DNA of 64,000 nucleotides from Octopus sinensis (GCF_006345805.1 NC_043016.1:15996001-16060000); one strand, 5' to 3'; positions 24,696 to 38,362 are shown, counted from the first letter of the stretch. Translations and numbers: made by a program. Notes: generated from the sequence alone by a model not told the origin.

Positions 24696-26589
24696 GGTTA
24701 ATATAGGGCGTAACAAATATCAGAAAATCAAAAAAAAAATGTGTGTAATAGGTGTAAAACAACTTCCTATGAACGAATATGAAAAAAAAAAATTCGCGCA
24801 CGCGAAAGGGGGGTGGGGGAGAGGCCTCAGAAAATTCACATCGGGAAGTTCCGAAAGCGTCTGAAGGGCTGACCCGGGCACCAAAACAAAAAAAAATAGT
24901 GTAATATGTGTAAAACAACTTGCTCTAAACGAATATGAAAAAAAAATGCGCTCTCGAGAAGAGGGGTGGGGGAGAGGCCTCGGAATATTTATATCGGGAA
25001 TTTCCGAAAGCGTCTGAACCGGGCACAAAAACAAAAACAGCGTAATAGGTGTAAAACAACTTGCTCTAAACGACTATCATGAAAAAAATGCGCGCTCGCG
25101 AAAGGGGGGTGGGGGAGAGGCTTCGGAAATTTCACATCTTCAGTCCACGGCCTTTAAACTAAGAAAAAATAGTGTAATTGGTGTAAAACTACTTGTTCTA
25201 AACGAGTATCAAGAACACACATGAATCATAAACTCCGTATTTCGCAAAAAAAAAAATAACAGAAGAAATTCTGGAAAAAGTGAAGAAATGTTGGATCTCC
25301 GCCATGTGAATCAAAATACGTGTCAGAACATCTTGAAATACTACAGAAATTATGTTACGAAAATGATAATGTATACATACCTCTTTGAGTGGTCCATCGA
25401 TAATGATGATAAAGAAATGAGTTGGATTTGAACTCAGAATATTGACTAACACAACTACATACTACAAGACTCAAAATATTCAGCCAAGTCACCACCCTTT
25501 AACTAGCAATAATAATAACATCAATAACATAACAGCCAAAAGATTTATTTGTTCTGAAAATAACAATCATAGTAAATAAATATGTTCTTTAATATTCACA
25601 TTCATGTGCACAGTTAAACACACTTACATACAAACAGTCACGCATGCATAATACAGAACGGAACACATAAATGAAGGATGCATTACTTAGTATATATTAC
25701 ATCTAGAGAATTTTGATTAATAAGTCAAATATGCAAATTATAAAGATAATTAATTGCTTTACTAAACAGTGTTGTAAAGGTGAAAGAATAAATTTGGGAA
25801 AAAAATACACGCCAAAACTAATTAATAAGGATAATTAGGGAAGGATTGACACAAAATAATAATTTTTTCTGTCTCTTTTTTTCTGATAAATGCATCTTAA
25901 TAAGTGAGAAGAATTGCATATATCTGAACTATTTCAAAGAAAAGCATAAATTTAATGTTTAAAATAGCTTTACCAAGGAATGAGATCCAACATTTCTTCA
26001 CTTTTTCCAGAATTTCTTCTCTTTATTTATTTTTTTTTGCGAAATACGGAGTTTATGATTCATGTGTGAGTGTGTGTTCTTGATACTCGTTTAGAACAAG
26101 TAGTTTTACACCAATTACACTATTTTTTCTTAGTTTAAAGGCCGTGGACTGAAGATGTGAAATTTCCGAAGCCTCTCCCCCACCCCCCTTTCGCGAGCGC
26201 GCATTTTTTTCATGATAGTCGTTTAGAGCAAGTTGTTTTACACCTATTACGCTGTTTTTGTTTTTGTGCCCGTTCAGACGCTTTCGGAAATTCCCGATAT
26301 AAATATTCCGAGGCCTCTCCCCCACCCCTCTTTCTCGAGAGCGCATTTTTCATATTCGTTTAGAGCAAGTTGTTTTACACATATTACACTATTTTTTTTT
26401 TGTTTTGGTGCCCGGGTCAGCCCCTCAGACGCTTTCGGAACTTCCGATGTGAATTTTCCGAGGCCTCTCCCCCACCCCCCTTTCGCGTGCGCGAATTTTT
26501 TTTTCATATTCGTTCATAGGAAGTTGTTTTACACCTATTACACACATTTTTTTTTGATTTTCTGATATTTGTTACGCCCTATATTAACC
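24696..26589. mobile_element. Foldback-like element with ~600-bp inverted arms built from tandem ~130-150 bp subrepeats
   Basis: 24696-25299 is the reverse complement of 25982-26589 (ggttaatatagggcgtaacaaat ... atttgttacgccctatattaacc). The spacer is non-coding. Confidence 0.85.
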
Positions 26590-26605
26590 GTTTCGTGTGT
26601 GTGAG

Positions 26606-26665
<60 letters not shown>

Positions 26666-26952
26666 AACTGGACACTGGAGTTATCTATTTCCAAGTATTC
26701 GGCACTTGATCAGTTTTTGTCCCAGATGTATTTCCTACTTGAATTAGGCTGGAGTAGGTGGCTATCTTAACACCACCATCACCATTAATACCTACTACTA
26801 CTACTACTATTACTGTTGCTGCTGGTGTGGTTATGGAGTTTGTGTGGTATACAACATTTCAGTGGTGGAATGGTGGGTGAACTCAGTAGCACAGAACAGA
26901 AAATAACACAACTGTAAATAACAAAATCTATAGGAGGAACAGCAGCAGCAGC

Positions 26953-26991
<39 letters not shown>

Positions 26992-28655
26992 CACAAATAA
27001 TAATGATAATATTTAGCTGGATGTATGAATACTTAGTTTCCTGAATCAGCCAGAGAAGCTACATAAAAGGAGTGCCCTAATTGAAGCAGTGTCATGTAAA
27101 ACATGATTACTCCACTGAACACAGACACAAAACCAACTTCTTTTCTATAGTTGTTCCTTCTATTTGAGCAGCAAATTAAGGTTGGGTTTAATAAAAAGAT
27201 AACAACAACAGCAACAATAATTCTGACAATAATAATAATAATAATGATAATACAAAAGATGATTGGTTACAAGAGGTTGTGTGATAGCAGTTGCATTTGA
27301 TTACAGAAAATGCCAAGCTGAGATCCATAATGAAACGAACAAATTTTGCCAAAATTCTTTTGAGGATCTTCATTTTAGGTGGTAAGCGTAGTAATGATAG
27401 TGGAAAAGGGGGGTGGGGTGGGTGGGTGAAAGGCACCAACAACATTTACATCCTGGCAATTGTACAATCAGTTTTCATATGGTGAAACTTTCCCAAAGTA
27501 AGCAGTAATTACAAATCTCATAGTCCTAATTCACAGTGGGAGTAACAAAAATATTCTCGGCATTGATCGCAGTTTTGTCAGAAATCAATAAAATTTCTTC
27601 AGAAACCAAGAATAGATTCAAGAATTTCTTCCATTTTTGTTTATTGTGTTATTATTATTATTATTATTATTATTTGTTGAAAATATGAAAAACACGAAAC
27701 ATGATCTTATAACCGAAGAAGATTAATGGGATGCAGTGACATTCATGTGTTCCTGTATCATGTTTTCTGAGATTAGCACCAGATCCATATAAATCTATTG
27801 ATGACATCATAGCTGACTGAATGGGTACCAGGACACTACCGGAACAATGAGGGAACCTCCATATGGCTCACGACCAGCTAGAAACAGCAGCTAAATCTCT
27901 CTTTCACATCACTCTGAACATAAAAAAGAAAAAAGATACATTGGTTGTTGTAATCCGAGACACTCTAAAAAAGACAGAATGATTGAAGACGGAATACGTT
28001 TGATCAAAATTCTATCAGATCATTGGTCACCTGGCTGTGTGACTATGTAATTTAACATTTGATCCTACATGGCAGCAGAGGTCTTCTGGCAGTCTCAGGT
28101 TAACCAAAATATTGTCAATAGAATTTGGTAGACAGGTGACAGGTGCTAATTCACTACCCAGTTTAACAACACAATCTGATTATTGGAAGCCTTTAGTTGA
28201 GCAAGTATTTGGACTATGTCTTTGGTTTGGGAATAAGTTTTTTCCTTTTCTCCTGTAAATTCTTGGAGGCTCCACTAAAGGACCATGAATGCCATCACTT
28301 ATCCTCTAAGTCATAAAAAAAAAAATCCTAGTGAGATAAACAGCAGCACCAGGACTGGTAGGATTTGAACTCAAAATATAGAGAGAGATGAGAGTAAACA
28401 TTTGACGGCTCAACCATTTGTGTCCCTCAATTATCTTAACAAGTGTCACATCATCACCCTCCTCCTTACGACTGCATTCCATGTCAGCATGAGTTAGATG
28501 GATCATTGCTCTCTCTTATACAAGGTGTAAGGGGGAACATATCTCATTCTTTTTAGTCTTTTTTTTTTTCAGTTAAATGATCTTTCTGATGCCAACCACT
28601 CTACTAAGTTTACTTGGCCCACAGGAGATATAATTACATTTTGCACAAGTCTAAA

Positions 28656-29301
28656 GAATGATAATGACCTGGCAGTACTTGAGGAAGGCTTTTCTAGTTA
28701 GAGATGAACTGCACAAGTATGGAAGTAGCTGCAGGTGAACCTGTTTGAGATGTATACAGAACAATAAACCCATCCTATATACATCTGTTCAGTGTATAAG
28801 TCCCCATCAATCCTACATTTAAGAGTTGACATGCATATTTGATCATGGCATCAGTGCTAGAGAGAGGGAGGGAGGGAGAGAGAGAGAGCGAGGGGGAGTG
28901 AATAGTAGGAGATGGATAAGGAATGTTGATACTGAATTGCCAATAGAGAATATACAACCTCTACTGTTATAGTAAATAGTTTGATAATAACAAACCCTAT
29001 ACTATACAGTACAGGTTGTATATTCACAGTAGAAACCAGGCAGAGTGAGGACAAGTCACCTTCCTTTGTCAAAAGCAGGTTAATACTATATTTGGTTGAT
29101 AGACAGATCTGTCTGACACACACAACTGTCCAATGCAAACCCACAAACGGACAATGGTTGGACACTGAACAGATGTATATAGGATGGGTTTATTGTTCTG
29201 TATACATCTTAAACAGGTTCACCTGCAGCTACTTCCATACTTGTGGAGTTCATTTCTAACTAGAAAAGCCTTCTTGAAGTACTGCCAGGTCATTATCATT
29301 C
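28656..29301. repeat. 140-bp near-perfect inverted repeat with a ~366-nt spacer
   Basis: 28656-28795 versus the reverse complement of 29162-29301, about 5 mismatches by eye. Confidence 0.9.
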
Positions 29302-29437
29302 ATATCACTCATTAACCCACTATTACAAAGCATTCAAGTACTTTACCAGCAGGACAATAATCAAAATATCAAAATCCCAGTCTCTGAGCTGTAGAAGGAT
29401 GAACTGGGATGAACAGCGACACCCTTCTTCATTGTTA

Positions 29438-30225
29438 TACAAGGTGTCACAAAAAATCACTGATGGGTTTCAATTTTTAATAATTTCCTAAACTTTACTA
29501 ATAAATGGATAAAATTTTGAAACCATATAAAGGACATAATGGAAATTAATATGCACAAATCAAATTTTGCAACACCACTACATCACATACACACATGTGC
29601 TCTTTCCAAAACTTGCACCATAACACCCTCAAGAGTTTCAGACCCCACTTCTCTGATTTCTCTATTGATATTCTCCTTCAGTTGCACCAGGGTCTCTGGT
29701 TTCTTGACGTAAACCCTCTCTTTAAGGAATCCATGATTGAGACCTCTTTTATGCCCAGCCATACAAAGTAGACCTCACACATGGTTCCAGCAAGATGGGG
29801 TAACTGCTCTCATACCGAAAGAGAAACAATGCAGTTGCTAGGGAAGTGCTCTAGAGAGAGAGAATAATCTCCTGCTATGGCAATGTCAACTGGCCTGAAA
29901 GAGAGGGTCTATGTCAACAGACCTGAAAGAGAGGGTTTACGTCAAGAAACCTGAAAGACAGGGTTTACGTCAAGAAACTAGAGACCCTGGTGCAACTGAA
30001 GGAGAAATCAGAGAAGTGGAGTCTGAAACTCTTGAGGGTGTTATGGTGCAAGGTTTGGAAAGAGCGCATGTGTGTATGTGATGTAGTGGTGTTGCAAAAT
30101 TTGATTTGTGCATATTAATTTCCATTATGTTCTTGATATTGTATCAAAATTTCATGCATTTATTTGTAAAGTTAAGGAAGTTATTGAAAATTGAAACCCA
30201 TCAGTGACTTTTGGGAAACGATATA
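29438..30225 (+). mobile_element. Non-autonomous Tc1/mariner derivative with ~290-bp inverted arms and a transposase remnant
   Basis: TA-flanked CAAGGTGTC terminus. Internal WFQQDG.TAHT.RETMQLL...IIS.YGNVNWP and LKERVYVKKP.TLVQLKE motifs. The left arm is an inverted copy of the right end. Confidence 0.8.
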
Positions 30226-33200
30226 GAAGACAAGGAACGTGTGCTGGTGTGATGGCTTCAGAATATACCTGTGCATCATCAATGGCAGTATGCTAAGATT
30301 CCACGGAGGAGATGTTAACAACAGATGGATTTTCTGACTGACAAAACTTGTTTCTACAAGATATGAAAGAGCTTGTACTCTGACCTGATCAATGCTTCCT
30401 GTCACAAAGCATGATGGACAGGGGAAACAAATGAAGTGAGGAAGGAACGAACCACATGTTTGCCCAACCTTTCAAGAACAACCTCCTTTGATTTAATTTC
30501 TGAGCAAGAATGGTTACCCTGCTCAAAATCTCTTTCCAGTTTTTCTCCACCAGGAGGCAAGTACCTTAAATGGGCCTTCTGTTCTTCAAATGCTGGGCTG
30601 CAAGTTCACCAGCTTATTCTGAGATTACAGCTCAATCAAAGAGACAAGCTTCAATAATCCCTGCTAGCATGCATGATGGTGTTGGTGTTATGGGAACAAG
30701 TTTAGGGCGGGTTCAGACATATGCTAGCATTAACAATACATCCCTCAACTTTTGTGTCAAAAAAATGGCCAATGAACAATCTTGTAGCTTACAAATCAAC
30801 TGTGATTCCTCTTTGAATCAGATGTTTACCAGCTCTTCTACTTTACCAAAGGTAATGTAACTTATCTAAAGTGTCACTTGGATGAGACCCTCCCACATTT
30901 GTTGGTGACAGCCACCATTTGTTCCTACTTAACTTGCTTAATCCATTTAACGATGATGATGATAATTAGGAGAGAGAAATGAAATGCTTTAATAGTCAAG
31001 CTTTTCACAGAAAGTAAAAATAACTTCTGTGATTGGTAGTACAATGCAGTAGGAAATCGTCAGGTTAGCTGTGATCAAAGGCATTTCAGTAGTGATCACT
31101 GTTTTATTATCACATGTAAGGTACATCTAGGACTACATTATTCAATGTGACTTTCCCTTTTTAAGATAACAGGGTGAGATTATTGGGAGTTTTGACTGCC
31201 ATTTCTAGCAGGTTAAACAACCACATAAATTCATAGAAATTAACTATGATGCACAAAAGCTAATTGCTATGTGGCATTTAATTGAAGATTAAGCATTATT
31301 AACCACAAAGTCAGCCTCAGCCTCGACTCAAAGATACCAATACAAATAGAAATAATACTGATTTTAATCATTGATGGAAGGACACAAATTATAGGAGAGG
31401 AGGAGATTGACACAATGATATTACTGGTTTTGGTTTTACTGACTGTGAAAAGATGAATGGCAAAAGTGATGTCAAAATTTCAACTAGGAACCAGGAGGGA
31501 CAATTCTAAATGCTACAAACTTATTCGCTCCCATACACTTAATGTCTGAAATTAATTTACTGAATATATGTCATGTCAGTGGCACGTAAAAGCACCCATT
31601 ACACTCTTGCAGTGGTTGGTGTGAGGAAGGGCATCTAGCCGTAGAAACCATGCCAAATCAGACTGGAACTTGGTATAGCTCTTTGGTTCATCAGCTCCAG
31701 TCAAACCATCCAACCCATGCCAGCATAGAGAGTGGACATTAACTGATGATGATTCCTACAAGTTATTGTGGTTGCTTTATGGATATAGATCAAGTGAACT
31801 GAACTCAATGCACAAGTATTTATTACTTTAATCAGTCCTGGAAATAATGTCAAACTAGAGCAATATTTAAACACAATACTGTTAAACAACCAAACTAGGG
31901 TGAGCGGCTACCGTGTCTGACACACAAACACCAAGTCATCTAACAGACACAAGGTCTCAGATTCTGGAGGAAAGGAACGGTTGATTTCATACCACAAGAC
32001 GTCCAATCTAAGTTCTTGAAGTTGATTTCATCAACCTCAGTACTCCATTTCATTGATCCCCAGAAGGAAATGAGATGAAAAGTTGACCTTGGAAGGACTT
32101 GAACACAGAATGTAAAGTACTGTAACTAAACATTCAGATTTTGTTCACTGCTCTAATGATTGTACAAGGCTAGACATTTTAATGTTAGGATAGAGTTATA
32201 TTAGCCTGAGGATTTAACTGGTAATTTCATAGAGCATGAAAAGATGGAAGGTACAACTGATCTCAACAGGATTTGAACTGAAAGTCTAAAGAGGCTACAG
32301 ACTTATAGAGAAATAGTAGAGTCCATTCAAAATCAACGTCAGTGCAATATCCAGTAGCATAGCCTGGTTCTAAAGTTGGGGGGAGTGAGCACTTAGAACA
32401 AAACAAAAGGCAACGTGACACATACCACACAATTTTTAACTCATTTCTCTTGTATTACATGAAATATTTCATTAGTAATAATAAACATAAATTCATTAAT
32501 TTTATGTTTCACTAACAATGTCATTATGGATTAAACTTACAACTACTGATATGTGATGTGAAAATAATGAAATTCAATGGATTGTCCAGTGTTGAGAGGT
32601 TATGACATCAAGGTTTGTTTTGGTTCTTCAGATGTCAGTGCCCATCAACACATTGCAGGAGATGGAGCTGACAGTTCAGAAGTTGGTCAAATAAAGTAAC
32701 GACTCCATAAAGTTCTTCCAAGGTCATGCAATTAGCGAAAAAAAGAGATTCAACTTTTATTGCACAATTGAACTAAAGAGTTAAAAAGCAAAAACTGTTG
32801 AAAAGGCACCAATTTTGAAAAAATGTGATCAGGTGGGGAATGGTCAGTCCCCTTGCTCCCCCTACACCACTGACAATATCCTGGTGGGATTCGAGCTGAG
32901 AACATAAAGGAATATGACTAAACATGGCATTACCATTTCTGCAATTTACTGTCTTCTACAACAATAACAACAGCAACACTGCCACCATCTATAAAGGACA
33001 AGCCTGAAGCATTCTCATGGAATCTTGACTGTCTGGGATTAACAGCTCAACTCAATATAAAAGATCTTTCAAAAGACACAGAATTCGAGTTGTTTACACA
33101 TAAACCATGGCCCTTACAACCTAGAGCCAATGTTAGAGCTGTATTAAGCGAGATTTCATTTCATAAGGGACAATACGGCCATGCCTCCACACAGCCCCCA

Positions 33201-36200
33201 GCCTGCATCTGATGCCAAGATCCACACTTTGATTGGGAGCTTTCTACATTTGACTATAAAAGGGATCAAACATTTTGAAGCTGAAGACTTTCAACATTTG
33301 GGATGTTTTAACACAGAAAGCATTCTATATAACACTTCAATATATCCACCACCTGACACCCAGGTAACAATAATGATTTGCATTCAACTGAAAAGTCATA
33401 AAAAGAGCATCTACATTTTTGATCAATTTGCTAGAAATAGCAGCTAAATCTCCTTTAAATTACACTTTTTCCTATCTTTGCATTTATTAGACAATAGCGC
33501 AAGGTTGTCCTTTTTAGGCTTTTTGTTTTCCGCCTGACTGGCACCAGTGTTGGTGGCATGTAATAAGCACCATTCAAGCATGGGTCAAGCTAGTGCCGCA
33601 TGACTGGCTGCCTGTGCCGGTGGCATGTAAAAAGTACCACATGAATGTAGTCAATACCAGTGCCCCTGACTGGCTCCTAAGGCAGTGGCTTGTAAAAAGC
33701 ACCCCCTACACTCTCGGAATGGTTGGTGTTAGGAAGGGCATCCAGCTGTAGAAACCTTGCCAAATCAGATTGGAGCCTGGTGCAGCCTCTTGGCTTGCCA
33801 ATCCCCAGTCAAACTGTCCAACCCATACCAGCATGGAAAAACGGACGTTAACGATGATGATGATGATGACTGATACAACCAAGACATTGCTCCAGTCAGG
33901 GTATCATTTCATCTGGAAGTGGAAGCTTCTTACCCTCAACCGGATCCCACTGCAGTAAAATTTCAATTCAGAATGAAAAGAACTGCAATGGATACTGTAA
34001 GACACCGTCTGACAATATAACAACTTAGTTAATCCACTGAGCTGGATCAATACTTTATTGAGCCAGAAAAGATGAAAAGCTGAGTTGACTCAGTAGCATT
34101 TGAACTCAAGACTATAAACAACCAGAACAAATGCCACAAAACACAAACAATTTGTCATCTTTTTTTTTTTAAATAACACCTACCATTATAAGGGGGGTGG
34201 AGGTGCTGCATAACATAGTCCTATGTATCATGTCTTAAAAAAAGATGGGATGGCCACATGTGGAATATCTTTGATCACTGGATCAGGACTGACCTGGGGG
34301 CTAATCAACAGTGACTATAATCACTAGTACTAACAACTATACTATACATTAGATAATGTACTCCTAGGTACACTATATTTGAAGAATACAAGATGGGATG
34401 GTCACAGCTGGAATGTCAATGATTAAGATTTGCTTGATCAGGACTGACCTGGGACTAAACAACAATAGTAGCAATAGCCACTAGCATTAACTAGTACAAA
34501 CTACTATACATTTGATAATGTAGTCCTAGATACACTTCGTCTGAGTAAAAGACAGAATGGTTACAGCCGGATTAGCACTGATCTGCAGCTCAACAACAAC
34601 AACAGCAACTAACGGTAACTTATTACTAAGCATTAGTGTAGTTCTACATACATTACACACACACAATAAAATATAAATGGTCAGCTGAATTAGAGAGGGA
34701 GAGTAAACAGTAAGAAAAAACATTAGATTTACATCCAACTGACCACCACCATTAACAGGGACAAAACCTGGATTTAAAACACTGGATGATGATGATGATG
34801 ATGATGAAATCTGCTAATTCAAACATTCTCTTGAACTGCTCCTTACTTGTGCTCCCTGGTAAACAATCTAGGATGTCCTTACTAAAACTGTCAGTCTTCA
34901 GAACGAGCAGTTTAGGTGGGGTTTTTTTTCTCCATGTCTTTCATGTTAAGGAGGCAGCAATATATAAATAAAAAAAATGATAATAATAATAGACTGCAGA
35001 GGAAGCATGGAGACAATCTTCCATTCAGTTATTACACACCTTCCTTTGATGTTTTAAACATCTACAAGGGTTGTGAATATGCATGGCTTAGTTTACTCCC
35101 TGGGAACAATTTACAGTTTGTATCATGGGTGGGGAACAGATGACATTAGAAACAGAAAAACACACACATACACACATGGAGGACTAAAGATAAATACTCA
35201 TATACACACTGGAATAAACAAACACACACACACACATTATCAGAAAGAGATATAAGCAGGTATGCATTAATATAAAGACAGGTACATACATGCACGCACT
35301 GGTATAAAGAGATGATGTACATGCACACTAGCTTAAAGGGGCATTTGGTTGCTATTTCTCTCAGGTCAATCAACTATGGAGTGTTTGGTTTTGTCTTTGA
35401 CAATGTGACTCATTCTTCTGACTTAATCTCTAAGGAAGGTGTTCTAGAGAGGAATGTGTACAGTTAAAGAATCAACAACCAATAAAGTTGAAGAACTTCC
35501 AATCAAAATTCTTCATCAAAATATTTCTGACTTGAATTATCAATTGGAAGGTTATAATCCAAATCCAAGAAAAATCTAACTCAAAAGAAATGGTCACTCA
35601 AATCTAAATAAATTCTATGCTTACAATAAGAGCCAAACAATGAGGCTTGTACTAATTAAAATATCGTTAAATTGCTAAGTGGTTAACTGGTTAATCCTAT
35701 ATTATAGTTTAATAAATCGGAATTAACACACAGGTTTGTGGAACACAATTGAGACTAACAAAATTATTATTAAATGATTTAAGCAACATTATTATTGCTG
35801 AAGAAAAATATTAACTAAAGCTTAGGATTAAAAACTTATAAAAAAAAACCATTTCTATTCTGAAAGAAATTCTATACTTTTCTATCATTTTGTATTCAGT
35901 AACAAGTTTTGGTGCCAAAAAACAATATGATAATGCTTATCTCAAGGAATGCTGTATAGCAAGGGGTGGAGGAGCCATTCCACTGCCAGGGGGAATAGCA
36001 AGTGCCATAAGAACTTGTGAGGTCTTATCTGTTTTTGAGGAAAACAATGAATCTTTAATTTTGTTAATAGGTAAGCATCTTATATTAAACTCCTGTTCTG
36101 GTCTTAAAGGATTAACCATTTTGCTTTTTTTCTTCTTTTATATTTATTTTAGAGACTATGTCAGCATGCCAATTTAAAAATATATTTAGGTTAAATTTTA

Positions 36201-36724
36201 CCCTTGGGCAAAAGATACTCCACCCTTGCTACACAGCATCAACATTATTCCACCCCTGAAGTACAGCAACAACAAGGCCCTACTTCTGCAATACAGCTCC
36301 AATCATTTTTGTTTCTTTTTAAAGTCACCATTTTCTCTTTAGTGAAATATCAGAACACAATTAGCCAAGCACGTTACTTGCAGATATATTCTCATACTTT
36401 TCCAGATGCCATAAAAGAATTATTGGTAGAGCGATTCTTAATTTTGTAGAGCTTGTGGAATGCCCTCCATCATTAAAAACATAAATCTGTTTGACTCATG
36501 GAACACTGCTGTGTTTTTCATAAGTTAGCCTAGTTAAGGATTATATTTTTAAGGCTTAATTACAAGAAGGGGTCTGTGATGGTTACAGGTCATCACAGAC
36601 TGAGACCCGTATGATTAAAATGATTGTTGTTCAGCCTGAATATGAATAAGTTGACATTTGCAGGTAAGACACGAATGGAGTGAGAGGTGGGGGGGTTTAC
36701 AAAGGATTTAAGTTCAAGAAAGGC

Positions 36725-36890
36725 ACAGATGTGGCTGTGTGATTAAGAAGTTTGCTTGCCAACCAAATGGTTCTGGGTTCAGTCCCACTGCATGGCACCT
36801 TGGGCAAGTGTCTTCTACTATAGCCCCATGCTGATCAAAGCCTTGTGAGTGGATTTGGTACATGGAAACTGAATGAAGCCTATCACATAT
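36725..36890 (+). mobile_element. SINE family (aagaagtttgctt...ggttcagtcccactg...accttgggcaagtgtcttctactatagcc); other copies at ~21640-21970, 51430-51620 (+) and 8640-8770, 12940-13110, 21130-21270, 24125-24270, 39000-39125, 42400-42540 (-)
   Basis: Many recurrent copies with a tRNA-like head and a CORE-like ttgggcaag segment. Confidence 0.75.
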
Positions 36891-37392
36891 ATAACAATAA
36901 TAACAAAACAAAAGGATGTGCACATGGAACGTATTAATTTGACACTCAGTGAAAAGAGAGGGTTTTTGACACTTTGAGCATAGCTCTTTGTCAGAAAAGT
37001 CCAGAAAAGGAAATTGTATGTGCGTGTGTGTGTGTGTAATCTGGGCAGCCCTTCAGCTCCTGTCAAACTGCCCAACCCATGCCAGCATGGAACAGATGTT
37101 AAATGTTGTTGATGATGATGTGTGTGTGTGTGTCTTCTTGTCCTTGACATTGAGTGTTGACGGTAGTAGAATGAGTGTCACTGAAACAAATAGTGTCATT
37201 CATTTACAGTACACTATGAGAACACATTGGATGATGGAAACGTGAGGGTTGCCGACGAAGAGCATCTGGCTGGAGAAAATCATCCTCAATCAATTTCATT
37301 CATGCAAATATGGAAAACTGGGTATTAAAATGATGATGATGATAAGAAGGAGTGAGAGATGAGACAACAGAGGCTGTTGTAGTTGTGGTGAG

Positions 37393-37757
37393 GGAGGCGC
37401 AATGGCCCAGTGGTTAGGGCAGTGGACTCGCGGTCATAGGATCGCGGTTTCGATTCCTAGACCGGGCGTTGTGAGTGTTTATAGAGCGAAAACACCTAAA
37501 GCTCCACGAGGCTCTGGCAGGGATGGTGGTGATCCCTGCTGTACTCTTTCACCACAACTTCCTGTTTCTGTTGTACCTGTATTTCAAAGGGCTGGCCTTG
37601 TCACTCTCTGTGTCACGCTGAATATCCCCGAGAACTACGTTAAGGGTACACGTGTCTGTGGAGTGCTCAGCCACTTACACGTTAATTTCACGAGCAGGCT
37701 GTTCCGTTGATTCGGAACAACCGGAACCCTCATCGTCGTAACCGACGGAGTGCTTCC
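37393..37757 (+). mobile_element. Full-length, young tRNA-derived SINE
   Basis: A box TGGCCCAGTGG and B box GGTTTCGATTCC. CpGs are retained although the surrounding region is CpG-depleted. Confidence 0.8.
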
Positions 37758-37843
37758 ATCATGTAGTTGTGGTATAATAGAGTAGAGTAAGGAGAGGAGC
37801 ACATTTGTGGAGCAGAATATGTTGATGAAGGAGTAGTCACCAA

Positions 37844-38055
37844 GGTAGCAAAGTTGGCAGAAACGATAGCATGCCGGGCGAAATGCTTAGTGGTATTTCG
37901 TCTGTCTTTACATTCTGAGTTCAAATTCTGTCAAGGTTGACTTTGTCTTTCATCTTTTCAGGGTCAATAAATTAAGTACCAGTTGAATACTGGGGTTGAT
38001 CTAATTGACTGGCCTCCCTCCCCCAAAATTTCGGGCCTTGTACCTAGAGTAGAAA
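37844..38055 (+). mobile_element. SINE family (ttctgagttcaaat...gactttg.ctttcatc); other copies at ~19145-19290, 23450-23560, 43780-43895, 50735-50930 (+) and 32040-32150, 51230-51330, 62380-62480, 62745-62965 (-)
   Basis: Recurrent gagttcaaattcc B-box-like motif followed by a conserved core and a tactgggg...attgac segment. Confidence 0.75.
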
Positions 38056-38104
38056 AAAAAAAATGAGTAGTCACCAATTAGGAGGGCAGAGACTTCCTCT
38101 AAAT

Positions 38105-38362
38105 CAGTGGCTTTCTACTGGGGTCCCTGACTTCTGGGGATCCATGCAAACAAAATAATAAAATGGGCCCCACAGTAGTATATTAAGGGTCCATAAAAAA
38201 ATTTTTGCTTTAGTTGTAGCTATTCTAAAAAACAGTTAAATACCTTTCTCTAATGTTTTACATAGTCCAACCTACACAAGTGAATGTGTGAAAAAATAAA
38301 ATAAGAATTTTGAAAGAAGTAATCAAAGAGGTCCATAGATAAAAGATGGTTCAGAACCACTA
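38105..38362. mobile_element. hAT-type MITE
   Basis: CAGTGG...ACCACTA termini flanked by a near-perfect 8-bp direct repeat (ctctaaat / ttctaaat). Confidence 0.65.

Noticed and set aside
24643-26565. Several 70-110 aa ORFs on both strands
   Set aside because: They mirror each other because they lie in the inverted foldback arms and show no protein-like motif.
30230-30870. ORFs 30436-30657 and 30570-30860, with GC-balanced sequence
   Set aside because: No recognisable domain or splice sites. Possibly an old LINE remnant on minus, but I could not assign it.
36572-36600. Perfect 10-bp hairpin gtctgtgatg/catcacagac (and a 9-bp one at ~58342-58368)
   Set aside because: Short stems like these are expected occasionally by chance in 64 kb, and no functional context is visible.
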